Source: a virus. From it: a stretch of 64,000 nucleotides of DNA. Location: IMG/VR virus record IMGVR_UViG_3300008107_005855, positions 1-64,000 of that record, one strand, 5' to 3'. Below are positions 39,616 to 49,388 of the stretch, one piece after another. The notes below the pieces were generated by a model. That model had not been told where the DNA came from. It did no database searches and saw only the letters and a list, made by a program, of their open reading frames with translations. Numbering within the stretch: position 1 is the first letter of the stretch; the number at the start of each line of letters is the position of its first letter. The position numbers and the translations under genes are program-made.

Positions 39616-40414
39616 AGGTGTATTGTATTTTGTTTTTGACACAGATCAATTTTTATATAGTAAGATTGCAGAGCAAAGCGCAAAGCTAGTAAAAAAGTTC
39701 TTGGGTTTGCCAATAACAATTATAACAGATCAGCAAACCAACATTGACTTTGACGTCGATAACATTATTAGAGTTAACACAGACAACGAAATAACCAACA
39801 CCAGGTATTCATCCAGTGTTGGGCATAACACCAGCTGGAGAAATGGCTACAGATATCTGGCATACGCCCTATCTCCATACGATGAAACTTTTGTGTTAGA
39901 TATTGATTATTTGGTACTAAATAACAATTTATTAAAGTTGTCAGAAACATCACTGGATTATTGTCTGTATAAAAATAATCAATACATTGACCTAGAAACC
40001 AATCATGTGGAAACCATGGGGATTTTTAGTTTACCGTATCTCTGGGCCACTGCTATATTTTTTAGAAAAACAAAAGCCAGTGAACTGTTATTTGATTTAG
40101 TTAAAAGAGTACAGTTCAATTATTCTTATTACCGAGCATTGTATAATATATCTGCCGGCAACTATAGAAACGATTATGCATTTACCATTGCCGACAATGT
40201 GTTAAAAGGATATCAGCTGACAGCACATATTCCTTGGAATTTAAAAACAGTAACTAAAAATATAAAAAATTTAACCTATCGAGATAATAAAGTATTTGTT
40301 AGTTACCAGGACACTGCATTGGTTCTACCAATGGATGATTTACATATACTAGATAAAATATTTTTGCAGTCAGAAAATTTTAAATTGTTTACTACAGAGG
40401 TAATTAGTGCGTAA
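39584..40414 (+). CDS. GT-A nucleotide-diphospho-sugar transferase-like protein
   Basis: ALSPYDETFVLDIDYL (DxD), WATAIFF, RNDYAF. Confidence 0.7.
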   Translation: MKNYEKLEKSKGVLYFVFDTDQFLYSKIAEQSAKLVKKFLGLPITIITDQQTNIDFDVDNIIRVNTDNEITNTRYSSSVGHNTSWRNGYRYLAYALSPYDETFVLDIDYLVLNNNLLKLSETSLDYCLYKNNQYIDLETNHVETMGIFSLPYLWATAIFFRKTKASELLFDLVKRVQFNYSYYRALYNISAGNYRNDYAFTIADNVLKGYQLTAHIPWNLKTVTKNIKNLTYRDNKVFVSYQDTALVLPMDDLHILDKIFLQSENFKLFTTEVISA

Positions 40415-41282
40415 AGTACCACATCAAGACCAATTTGGGTTTTTTACATTTGTGCAAAATAACTCAACTGTTGATTATCTTAACTTGGCTTATGTGCAGG
40501 CACTGAGTATCAAGATATCTATGCCTAATGCAAAATATGCGGTTGCAGTTGATAACAATACATTTGAGTTGTTAGAAGACAACCATAAAAAAGTGTTTGA
40601 TTACATTGTAAAGATTGAAAATGATTATTCAGCTGACGATGAATGGAAATTAAAAAATGAATGGCAGGCATTTTGGTTAACGCCTTTTAAAGAAACAATT
40701 AAACTTGAAGCAGATCTATTATTCACAAACGATATAACTCATTGGCTACCTGCTCTGCGATTAAAAGATGTAGTGTTAAGCACCAATTGTAAAAATTATC
40801 TTCAAGAAAACATTGTTGATGCCAAGTATCATAGAAAAATATTTTTAGACAATGATTTACCAAATGTATACAATGGATTAATGTATTTTAGATTTAGTCG
40901 AGTCGCTAACGAGTTTTTTAAGATTGCCATGTCTGTTTATCAAAATTGGGATCAGGTGGTGGACAATTTAAAAAATATAGAAAATACATACCCATCTACA
41001 GATTTAGTATATGCTATTGCCGCAAAAATTATAGGAACTGAATTAGTAACAGTGCCAACATTGGATTTTATTAATTTCACGCATATGAAACCATTGCTCC
41101 AAGGATGGGGGCAACATGAAAATTGGCCAGACGCTGTAAACGTTGAGTTTGACTTACCGATGATTCGAGTTAATAACCAAAATCAATACCATCCAATTCA
41201 CTATCACCAAAAAAATTTTATTACAGAGGAGATAATAAATGAGTACGAATACCACGCCCGCAGACTATCCATCATTGATTGA
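40407..41282 (+). CDS. GT-A glycosyltransferase-like protein (paralogue of the upstream gene)
   Basis: LTPFKETIKLEADLL (ExD), YNGLMYF, STDLVYAIA, FTHMKP, HYHQK. Confidence 0.7.
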   Translation: MRKVPHQDQFGFFTFVQNNSTVDYLNLAYVQALSIKISMPNAKYAVAVDNNTFELLEDNHKKVFDYIVKIENDYSADDEWKLKNEWQAFWLTPFKETIKLEADLLFTNDITHWLPALRLKDVVLSTNCKNYLQENIVDAKYHRKIFLDNDLPNVYNGLMYFRFSRVANEFFKIAMSVYQNWDQVVDNLKNIENTYPSTDLVYAIAAKIIGTELVTVPTLDFINFTHMKPLLQGWGQHENWPDAVNVEFDLPMIRVNNQNQYHPIHYHQKNFITEEIINEYEYHARRLSIID

Positions 41283-41619
41283 AGCATTTAACAATTTTAG
41301 TTCTGCACCAACAACACAAATTGAATATCGTTTGTATTACGAAACAGGATCTGGTAAACCAATTGCAATGAGTTCTAGCGGAAACATTGATGCGCCTTAT
41401 GTTGTTATTACCAAAGATGTTTATGATCGGGCCGCATATAATAATCTTAAAGTAGTCGATGGAAAGTTAGTAACCATTGACAACCAGTACACTTCTATGC
41501 TACAATTGAAAAAATCGAGTACTGGCGAGTATGCAACGGCAAAAAACAATGCCAGTGTACTAATAATCGAAACTGAAGAAATAGATCAAACGGATCATTA
41601 TGAGCGAAAGTATAATTGA
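41239..41619 (+). CDS. Hypothetical protein
   Basis: 126-aa ORF overlapping both neighbours in the operon. Confidence 0.6.
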   Translation: MSTNTTPADYPSLIEAFNNFSSAPTTQIEYRLYYETGSGKPIAMSSSGNIDAPYVVITKDVYDRAAYNNLKVVDGKLVTIDNQYTSMLQLKKSSTGEYATAKNNASVLIIETEEIDQTDHYERKYN

Positions 41620-42508
41620 TATTGCAGACCTGGACTGCATTTTTTTAACCTATGATGAACCAAAGAAAGAAGAATTTTGGATCAAAATTAGGAATATGGT
41701 TCCGTGGGCTAAACGTGTAGACGGAGTCAAAGGAAGCGATGCGGCACACAAGGCCGCGGCACAGGCCAGCGACACAGATAGATTTATATTAATCGACGGA
41801 GATAATATTCCGGACCAAGATTTTTTCAATCAACAATTAATAATCAATGAGTCTAATAAAAATTGTGTTTTTCGATGGCGAGCAAGAAATGCTATCAATG
41901 GCTTGATGTATGGCAATGGCGGACTTAGTTGTTGGACTCGTGACTTTGTTTTAAACATGCAGACACATGAGTCAAGCAACGGTCAGGATGAAAATAATGT
42001 TGAGTTTTGCTTTCATCCTGACTATTGGGCAATGAATGACTGTTATAGTACCACGTATCCTAATGCCACGCCATTTCAAGCCTGGCGAGCAGGATTCAGG
42101 GAAGGTGTCAAGATGTGCCTGGATCGAGGTTCGAGACCAAGTCTTGGAGAATTTGAATCTCGTATACACAATAGAAATTATGACAATCTATGCATTTGGC
42201 AAAGTGTTGGTGCCGATGTTGACAATGGATTTTGGTCTATATATGGCTCAAGATTGGGCACATATAAAACTATGTTAACTGACTGGGATTATAATAATGT
42301 TCAATGGTTTGATAGTCTTGCAGAAATTTGGGAAAACGAAGTAATCAAAACCGCCGGCGGCGAAATTGATCAAACAAAAGAGCTCGGTGATGCGTTGCGT
42401 ATAAAACTAGGATTGAACATAGTAGACCTAGACCCAGACCAAAGTAAATTTTTTAAGCATCACTACATGAGCCAATTTAAAAATAAAGGAATAATGGTTC
42501 GTGAATAA
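41600..42508 (+). CDS. GT-A glycosyltransferase-like protein
   Basis: IFLTYDEP...RVDGVKG..AAHKAAA...RFILIDGDN (DxD)...NGLMYGNGG...QAWRAGFREGVKM. Confidence 0.7.
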   Translation: MSESIIDIADLDCIFLTYDEPKKEEFWIKIRNMVPWAKRVDGVKGSDAAHKAAAQASDTDRFILIDGDNIPDQDFFNQQLIINESNKNCVFRWRARNAINGLMYGNGGLSCWTRDFVLNMQTHESSNGQDENNVEFCFHPDYWAMNDCYSTTYPNATPFQAWRAGFREGVKMCLDRGSRPSLGEFESRIHNRNYDNLCIWQSVGADVDNGFWSIYGSRLGTYKTMLTDWDYNNVQWFDSLAEIWENEVIKTAGGEIDQTKELGDALRIKLGLNIVDLDPDQSKFFKHHYMSQFKNKGIMVRE

Positions 42509-43886
42509 AAGTAATTTTATGTCGTCGGCTGAGGAAATGAAGGATCAATTGGGTCCAGCATTGTGTTTGGCTAAATGGCAGCAGGTTAGTTTGCATCTTC
42601 CCACCGGACTAACTAATAGTTGTTACCATCCGCCCTTGCACCGAATAGATGTAGAACCACTTGAAAGTAACCCAGGTGCATTACACAATACAGCATATAA
42701 AAAAGAACAGCGTAAAATTATGCTACGCAATGAAAAACCTGCAGAGTGTAGTTATTGCTGGAATATTGAAAAACACGATCAATTAAGCGATCGTCATTAT
42801 CGATCAGGTGAACCCTGGGCCGCCGCGAATTTTGAAAAAATTAAAAACATGACAGGCGACGAAGATATTGTTCCTAGTTATGTTGAAGTAAATTTTAATC
42901 ATGCCTGCAATTTAAAATGCAGTTATTGCAGTCCACAATTTTCAAGTTCCTGGATGGCAGAAATAGATAAGTTTGGAGCCTACCCGACTAGTGTTCCGCA
43001 CAACGATCCTAGTCATTTTGCAGGACGCCGACGTCCAATTCCGCACAGTCAAGAGAATCCGTATGTTGAAGCTTTTTGGAAGTGGTGGACAACTTTATAT
43101 CCCAAACTAAAACACTTTCGCATGACCGGTGGCGAGCCGTTGATGGATAAGAACACGTATCGGGTTTTTGATTATGTGTTGGCATTACCCAATCCTGAAT
43201 TGCATTTGAATGTTACTAGTAATTTTAGTGTTGAAGAAAAATTGTTTGATGAGTACCTAAGTTACGTTAAACGATTGTGTAACACACAAATTGAACATTT
43301 CATGCAGTATGTTAGTTTAGATACTGGCAATTGGGAACATGCAGAATATATTCGTGGCGGCCTAGATAAAAATCGTGTACACAAGTATGTGCATAGATAC
43401 TTGGATGAAATACCATATAAAAATAGCTTAACATTTATTATCACTATGAATAATCTGAGTGTACTTGGCATACAGCAATTGTTACAATGGATTCTAGATC
43501 TAAGAGAACAGTATAGTTCAACTTATCAACGTGTTTGGTTTGATACACCTTTGCTCAGAAGTCCTAGCTGGCAAAGTCTACAAATACTACCACCCATGTA
43601 CGCAGATCGATTAGAACAAGTGGCCAATTGGATGGAACATTATAAAGAAACTCCCGAAGCACCATTCAAAGGGTTTAAAGATTACGAAATCCAACGTATG
43701 CGTAGAGATATTGATTGGATGCGAGAAGGTAGCAATTTGGATGCAGACTATGTTAAAATGCAACGTGCAGATTTTTATAGATTTTTTAACGAGTACGACA
43801 AAAGACGCCAATCAAATTTTTTAGAGACCTTTCCTCAAATGAAAGAATTTTGGAACGAATGTAGATACCATGCCCAGACTAACTAA
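42501..43886 (+). CDS. Radical SAM protein with N-terminal twitch-like Cys domain
   Basis: CLAKW...SCYH...ECSYCW, then CNLKCSYC, MTGGEP. Confidence 0.9.
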   Translation: MNKSNFMSSAEEMKDQLGPALCLAKWQQVSLHLPTGLTNSCYHPPLHRIDVEPLESNPGALHNTAYKKEQRKIMLRNEKPAECSYCWNIEKHDQLSDRHYRSGEPWAAANFEKIKNMTGDEDIVPSYVEVNFNHACNLKCSYCSPQFSSSWMAEIDKFGAYPTSVPHNDPSHFAGRRRPIPHSQENPYVEAFWKWWTTLYPKLKHFRMTGGEPLMDKNTYRVFDYVLALPNPELHLNVTSNFSVEEKLFDEYLSYVKRLCNTQIEHFMQYVSLDTGNWEHAEYIRGGLDKNRVHKYVHRYLDEIPYKNSLTFIITMNNLSVLGIQQLLQWILDLREQYSSTYQRVWFDTPLLRSPSWQSLQILPPMYADRLEQVANWMEHYKETPEAPFKGFKDYEIQRMRRDIDWMREGSNLDADYVKMQRADFYRFFNEYDKRRQSNFLETFPQMKEFWNECRYHAQTN

Positions 43887-45219
43887 CGAATCCGATGTAG
43901 AATACAAACGCAGAGTCATTGACATCAAGTCAGACAGTTTCTGCGGAGCCAAGTGGTACAACGCCACTATATGGTTAGGGTCAGGACAAACTACTAGTTG
44001 CCATCATCCATTACCGCATGCTATAGATGTCAGTGAGTTAAAGACAAATCCCAAAGCCTTACATAACACTACCAAGAAGAAAATGGAACGTGAGCAAATG
44101 CAAAAAGGCGAACGTCCTGCAGGTTGCGAATACTGTTGGAAAATTGAAGACATTGGGCGAGATAATATTAGCGATCGTGTTTATAAAACTGTAATTTATT
44201 CAGATGAGGATTTAGCCTATGCGTACCGTACTCCTGCAAGAGAAGACATTGATCTTCAAACATTGGAAATCGCCTTTGACCGTACTTGCCAGTTTGCTTG
44301 TAGTTACTGCAATCCTGCTTTTAGTAGCACATGGGTTAAAGATATTCGTACCAACGGCGCTTATACTGGATTGGTCAGTGACGGCCGCAACCATTTCACT
44401 CATGCTCATGATAGCAGTCAACTGTATAAATTCGGTGAAGTTAATCCTTACGTGGAAGCATTCCACAAGTGGTGGGAAAAAGACCTACACAGAACACTCA
44501 AGGAACTTAGAATAACCGGCGGTGAGCCATTGATGAGTGCAGAGACTTGGAAACTGATTGAATGGTTTAAAACTAACAAAGGCAAAAGCACCACACGACT
44601 TGCCATCAACAGCAATCTAGGCACAGATGTAGACATTGATCGGTTACTTGCGGCCATTGACGGTGTTGAAGTGGATCTTTATACCAGCAACGAATCAATG
44701 AGTCTACAGGCAGAGTACATTCGCGATGGATTGGTATTTGACGATTGGGCCAATAATGTAGAACGTTTACTAGATAGTGGTAAATTCCGCGGCCTACATG
44801 TAATGTGTACAATCAATGCATTGTGCTTGGATAGCTTAGATAGTTTCTTGGAAATGGTTTATAATTGGAAGATCGAGTACGGAAAAGACAGCATCAATTT
44901 TTCGCTAAATATTTTAAGATTTCCCAGTTTCCAAAGTCCGTTAATTTTACCGGACAACATTCGAAAACAATACCAACAAAAATTAATGGACTTTATGACC
45001 AATCATAAAGGTGACAGTATGTTCCACGAATTTGAATGGAATCAATTACAACGCCTAGTGGATTATCTTGATGTAGTCAAGACACCGCACACAGGCGCCG
45101 CCGAGCAAACTACATTACAAAAAGATTTTAAAACATTTTACACGCAATACGATCAACGAAGAAATAAAAACTTTGTTAACACATTTCCTGAATTAGCAGA
45201 TTGGTACAATACATTATGA
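43870..45219 (+). CDS. Radical SAM protein with N-terminal twitch-like Cys domain
   Basis: FCGAKW...SCHH...GCEYCW, then CQFACSYC, ITGGEP. Confidence 0.9.
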   Translation: MPRLTNESDVEYKRRVIDIKSDSFCGAKWYNATIWLGSGQTTSCHHPLPHAIDVSELKTNPKALHNTTKKKMEREQMQKGERPAGCEYCWKIEDIGRDNISDRVYKTVIYSDEDLAYAYRTPAREDIDLQTLEIAFDRTCQFACSYCNPAFSSTWVKDIRTNGAYTGLVSDGRNHFTHAHDSSQLYKFGEVNPYVEAFHKWWEKDLHRTLKELRITGGEPLMSAETWKLIEWFKTNKGKSTTRLAINSNLGTDVDIDRLLAAIDGVEVDLYTSNESMSLQAEYIRDGLVFDDWANNVERLLDSGKFRGLHVMCTINALCLDSLDSFLEMVYNWKIEYGKDSINFSLNILRFPSFQSPLILPDNIRKQYQQKLMDFMTNHKGDSMFHEFEWNQLQRLVDYLDVVKTPHTGAAEQTTLQKDFKTFYTQYDQRRNKNFVNTFPELADWYNTL

Positions 45220-46547
45220 CAGATAAATTAGAAAACTACTATCAAGGTTACGACTACGGAGCTCGTAAACCTGTTTATATCACCGAAGAAGAATTAAGAC
45301 CCGACCAAGCCGACAAATTAATTAAAAGCGATCGCTTTTGTATGCTTCCTTGGATTCATATGCATGCTTTCCCCGATGGCCGTGCCTACAGTTGTTGTCT
45401 GTCAGAGATTGATTATCCAATTGGCAACTTAAAACAAAACACTCTCAAAGAAATTTGGAACAGTGACGAGTATCGCAAGATGCGAGTTAACATGATGAAC
45501 GAAAATCCTAGCTCGGCCTGCGCCAGGTGTTACGAGCAAGAAGAAAATGGATTTTTTAGTATGCGTAACAGCGCCAACAAAAATTTTGGTCAGCATATCG
45601 GATTACTTGATCAAACTAAAGAAGATGGCACACTAGATGAATTTAAATTAAGATATTACGATATTCGTTTCAGTAATTTGTGTAATTTTAAATGTAGAAC
45701 CTGTGGCAGTATTTTTAGTAGCAATTGGTACAACGACGAAATTAAAGCAGGATGGAAACCAAAGAATCCGCAGATCATGTACGCTGGCAAAGACGAGGAT
45801 GACATGTGGGAACAGATGTTAGAACACATTCCGCACCTGGAACAAATTTACTTTGCCGGCGGCGAACCTCTAATTATGAAAGAGCACTGGAAAATCTTAG
45901 ATGAATTAGTAAAACGTGAAATGTTCCATGTACGATTAATTTACAATACTAACTTCAGTGAAATGAAATTTAAAGGGCGTGATGTATTTGAGATGTGGAA
46001 ACTGTTTGAGTGTGTAAGTATTGGAGCCAGTTTAGATGGTAGTCACGAACGTGGTGAATATATACGCAAAGGACAAGATTGGAAACAAACAGTCGAAAAT
46101 CGCGAACGTATGTTAAAGATATGTCCTAACGTAGACTTTTATGTTAGCACTACCCTAAGTCTATACAATGCTTTTCATGTAACCGATTTTCATAGAGAGT
46201 GGGTGGATCTTGGACTGATTAGACCAATGGACTGGAACATCAATATTTTACAAGACCCTCCACGAGATCGAATTGATGTATTGCCTCACAAACTTAAATT
46301 AAAAGCCAAAGAAAATTTTGAAAAACATATAGAATGGCTAGAACCGTTAGACTCATTGACGCGAGCAACACAAGGTTATAGAAGTGCAATCAATTTTATG
46401 ATGCAGTCTGACAACAGTCACGAGTTGCATAATTTTTTTAGAACCAACAATACATTGGATAGAATTAGAGAAGAAGATTTCTTTAAAATCTTCCCTGAGC
46501 TAATAGATCTACGCAGTAACTGGAAAGAACTGAATGCAAAATCATAA
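45216..46547 (+). CDS. Radical SAM protein with N-terminal twitch-like Cys domain
   Basis: FCMLPW...DG...CC...CARC, then CNFKCRTC, FAGGEP; start moved to ATG 45216 (ATGA overlap). Confidence 0.9.
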   Translation: MTDKLENYYQGYDYGARKPVYITEEELRPDQADKLIKSDRFCMLPWIHMHAFPDGRAYSCCLSEIDYPIGNLKQNTLKEIWNSDEYRKMRVNMMNENPSSACARCYEQEENGFFSMRNSANKNFGQHIGLLDQTKEDGTLDEFKLRYYDIRFSNLCNFKCRTCGSIFSSNWYNDEIKAGWKPKNPQIMYAGKDEDDMWEQMLEHIPHLEQIYFAGGEPLIMKEHWKILDELVKREMFHVRLIYNTNFSEMKFKGRDVFEMWKLFECVSIGASLDGSHERGEYIRKGQDWKQTVENRERMLKICPNVDFYVSTTLSLYNAFHVTDFHREWVDLGLIRPMDWNINILQDPPRDRIDVLPHKLKLKAKENFEKHIEWLEPLDSLTRATQGYRSAINFMMQSDNSHELHNFFRTNNTLDRIREEDFFKIFPELIDLRSNWKELNAKS

Positions 46548-47388
46548 TGATACTTTTTGTTTAGTTCCTTGGGTTGGTGTAGAAATAAAACACAATAACT
46601 TGTGTTCTTTATGTTGTATGCATAAAGAAAATATAAAATTAGACAATGGCGAAGTTGCAGACTTATCAAAGCATAGCATCGATACCATACTGGATAGTAG
46701 TTTTGTTAAAACTATTAAAAATGATTTTGAGCAAGGACTGAAGCCAGAGATATGCAACGCTTGCTGGCACCAAGAAAGCAACAGTTTTATAAGTAAAAGG
46801 CAAGTCTATTTTAATTCTCTAAAATCAAAATCAACGGACACAAACAATATCCTATACCTTGACGTAAAAATGGGAAAAGCCAGATACAAGAAGTCTGTGC
46901 TATCGGGCGTTGATATTTCGTCAACTACACTGCCAAAAAACGATCAGTACTGGGAAAATATTTTTAAGATAATTCCAACAGTGCAAGAATTAGAATTCAC
47001 TGGCGAATGTTTTGAGTTACCCGAGCATAGTAAGTTAATTGATTTTATCATTGAATCAGGACATGCCCCTAACATGTTGCTACATTATAAAACCAATGGA
47101 TCAAAAGTCATAACTCATTTAAAAGATAAATGGAAACTTTTTAAAAGTATACGTGTTACACTATCACTATACGACATAGAAGAATGTTTTTTATCTGATT
47201 GGTACGAATGCACATGGACTGATTTGACAAAAAATCTCAATTCAACGTTTGAATTAATACAGGACTTACCAAATCTTAATTTAGGTTTAGTTTCAACCAT
47301 TGACAACGATAACAGACACAGAAAAGAAGTAATTTATAATTGGGCAAAGCAATATCCTTTTTCATCAATAATTTTCAATGAAAAATAA
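46534..47388 (+). CDS. Degenerate radical-SAM paralogue lacking CxxxCxxC
   Basis: Keeps FCLVPW...CC...CNACW and LEFTGE, YKTNG; YLDVKMGKARYKKS stands where the paralogues have CNLKCRxC. Confidence 0.65.
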   Translation: MQNHNDTFCLVPWVGVEIKHNNLCSLCCMHKENIKLDNGEVADLSKHSIDTILDSSFVKTIKNDFEQGLKPEICNACWHQESNSFISKRQVYFNSLKSKSTDTNNILYLDVKMGKARYKKSVLSGVDISSTTLPKNDQYWENIFKIIPTVQELEFTGECFELPEHSKLIDFIIESGHAPNMLLHYKTNGSKVITHLKDKWKLFKSIRVTLSLYDIEECFLSDWYECTWTDLTKNLNSTFELIQDLPNLNLGLVSTIDNDNRHRKEVIYNWAKQYPFSSIIFNEK

Positions 47389-48604
47389 TTTACCTACTAC
47401 TATTTGTATGCTGCCTTGGATCAGCATCGAATCCAGTCCAATGGGCACTGCACGGCCTTGTTGTCTTGCAAGAGAAGAGATCACCGACGACACTGGATCT
47501 GCGATTAAATTAAAAACTCATACGCTAGAGTACGCATATAAAAGTCAGTATATGCAGAATCTCAGAGAGTCGTTCCGCAATGGCGAAAAACCAGAAACAT
47601 GCAAATTGTGTTGGGAAGAAGAAGCCGCCGGCCGCACCAGTAAAAGATTAAACAGTCGAGTCAGGCTAAAAGAATTGTATAATCAAGTTGATTGGGAAAA
47701 CAATATTCCAGATCAACTGTGGTTCGTTGATCTTAAATTGGGCAATATCTGTAATCTTAAATGTCGGATTTGTGGCAGTTGGAGCAGTAGTAAGTGGGCC
47801 ACCGAAGAAATGGACTATCTACCCAAAGGCGAAGATAAGAAAAAACACATTGCATATACTTGGCTTAAAGAAGGAAGATGGATCGAAGAGTCGCCGTCTT
47901 TCTGGGAAAACTTAAAAACTCTATTGCCACAAATTAAGTATTTTGAGTTCACTGGTGGCGAGCCTTGGCTAATACAAGAACACTGGGACTTGTTAAAATA
48001 TGCTGTAGAGACAGGCAATAGTAAACACATTGACATACACTACAATACCAATGCCACAGTTAATTCATTGGGTGCAGAAAAATCTGAGTTATGGAATCAT
48101 TTTGGTCGTGTTGACATTGCCTTCAGCATAGATAACGTAGGAGATCGTTTTGAATATGAGCGTTATGGTGCAAAGTGGGACGAAGCAAATGAAATCATCG
48201 ATGGAATTCATTTTGCCAAGAATGTAGACACCCCAAATATAACCACACAACTTTGTTTTACAATTAATATACAAAATGTTTATTATTTAGATGAACTGTT
48301 AGATTGGGCAAATACAAAACCGTTTGGCAGTGTGTATTTTAATATGTTACACAGCCCTAATCACATGAGTGTGCAGTATATGACTCCAAATGCCAAGGAA
48401 CTAGTTTTAAACAAACTGAAAACAACATTTTGGAAAACAAAACAATATCAACAAGAAATTAATAATTTAATTAAATTCATTGAGAATGGTACTGGCAGCA
48501 ATGGATCTGAGTTTCTGGGTCAGATGAAACGCACAGATGAATATCGTAAACAATGCTTTACCGACACTCATCCAGAGATAGCACGGGCAATGGGGTATGA
48601 GTAA
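47378..48604 (+). CDS. Radical SAM protein with N-terminal twitch-like Cys domain
   Basis: ICMLPW...PCC...CKLCW, then CNLKCRIC, FTGGEP, YNTNAT. Confidence 0.9.
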   Translation: MKNNLPTTICMLPWISIESSPMGTARPCCLAREEITDDTGSAIKLKTHTLEYAYKSQYMQNLRESFRNGEKPETCKLCWEEEAAGRTSKRLNSRVRLKELYNQVDWENNIPDQLWFVDLKLGNICNLKCRICGSWSSSKWATEEMDYLPKGEDKKKHIAYTWLKEGRWIEESPSFWENLKTLLPQIKYFEFTGGEPWLIQEHWDLLKYAVETGNSKHIDIHYNTNATVNSLGAEKSELWNHFGRVDIAFSIDNVGDRFEYERYGAKWDEANEIIDGIHFAKNVDTPNITTQLCFTINIQNVYYLDELLDWANTKPFGSVYFNMLHSPNHMSVQYMTPNAKELVLNKLKTTFWKTKQYQQEINNLIKFIENGTGSNGSEFLGQMKRTDEYRKQCFTDTHPEIARAMGYE

Positions 48605-49388
48605 TATAACTGTTACCTTTGTGGGACAGCCGAGTCTACATTTAGCAATAGATGATACTCCCATCGGATGTCGTTATATTGATTTAATAAAGATGGCCTA
48701 TGATTTTAGTAGACCAATTTACAGAGATACGTTAAAATACAACGAAGATTATATGAAAGATTTAGCCGAACAGGCTAAACAGGTATTCAATTGGGACTGG
48801 GACAGTGTCGGTGATTATACCACAGGCATTGCACCTGCGCTACATAAAAATCTTGAAATTTTATTGAAGAACGGATTTGACTCAATACCAGAGCAGTACG
48901 ACAATTTAGTACACGAGTTACATTATTGTTTACATCTGGTACAGCATAAGAAACTTGATACAGTCAGGAATTCTTGGCTACAAATAGAATGGTATAATGA
49001 CATGGGATTCGACTTACCATATGATTTTAACTTTGCAGACACATTAAATTTTGGAGATGTTAAGTTACAGAACCCGTTTGTAGGACACGGCCCATTGCAG
49101 ATATACCAAGAACAGGACCATATTAACATTAGCCAGACTTGTAAGTTTCACAACTTTGTTAAACCTGGTATCAATATAGCTGAACGGAACTATCCTACGT
49201 TCACGGAACACCAACAACTAATTGATTTTTTTGTTAAACACGATATTAACTTTGTTGAGAAACACGGAGTAGACAAAATATTACACTATACCGGATATCC
49301 GGTCATTGGGCGTGTAATAAACTTAGATGACTTGCAACAGGTGGTTGAGGCATCTGCACTAAAATTAGAGAGTATCAAGTTTGAATAA
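48597..49388 (+). CDS. Hypothetical protein (weak paralogue of 51076-52212)
   Basis: 263-aa ORF; LHKNLE...VHELHYCLH...FGDVKL..P.VGH. Confidence 0.65.
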   Translation: MSNITVTFVGQPSLHLAIDDTPIGCRYIDLIKMAYDFSRPIYRDTLKYNEDYMKDLAEQAKQVFNWDWDSVGDYTTGIAPALHKNLEILLKNGFDSIPEQYDNLVHELHYCLHLVQHKKLDTVRNSWLQIEWYNDMGFDLPYDFNFADTLNFGDVKLQNPFVGHGPLQIYQEQDHINISQTCKFHNFVKPGINIAERNYPTFTEHQQLIDFFVKHDINFVEKHGVDKILHYTGYPVIGRVINLDDLQQVVEASALKLESIKFE

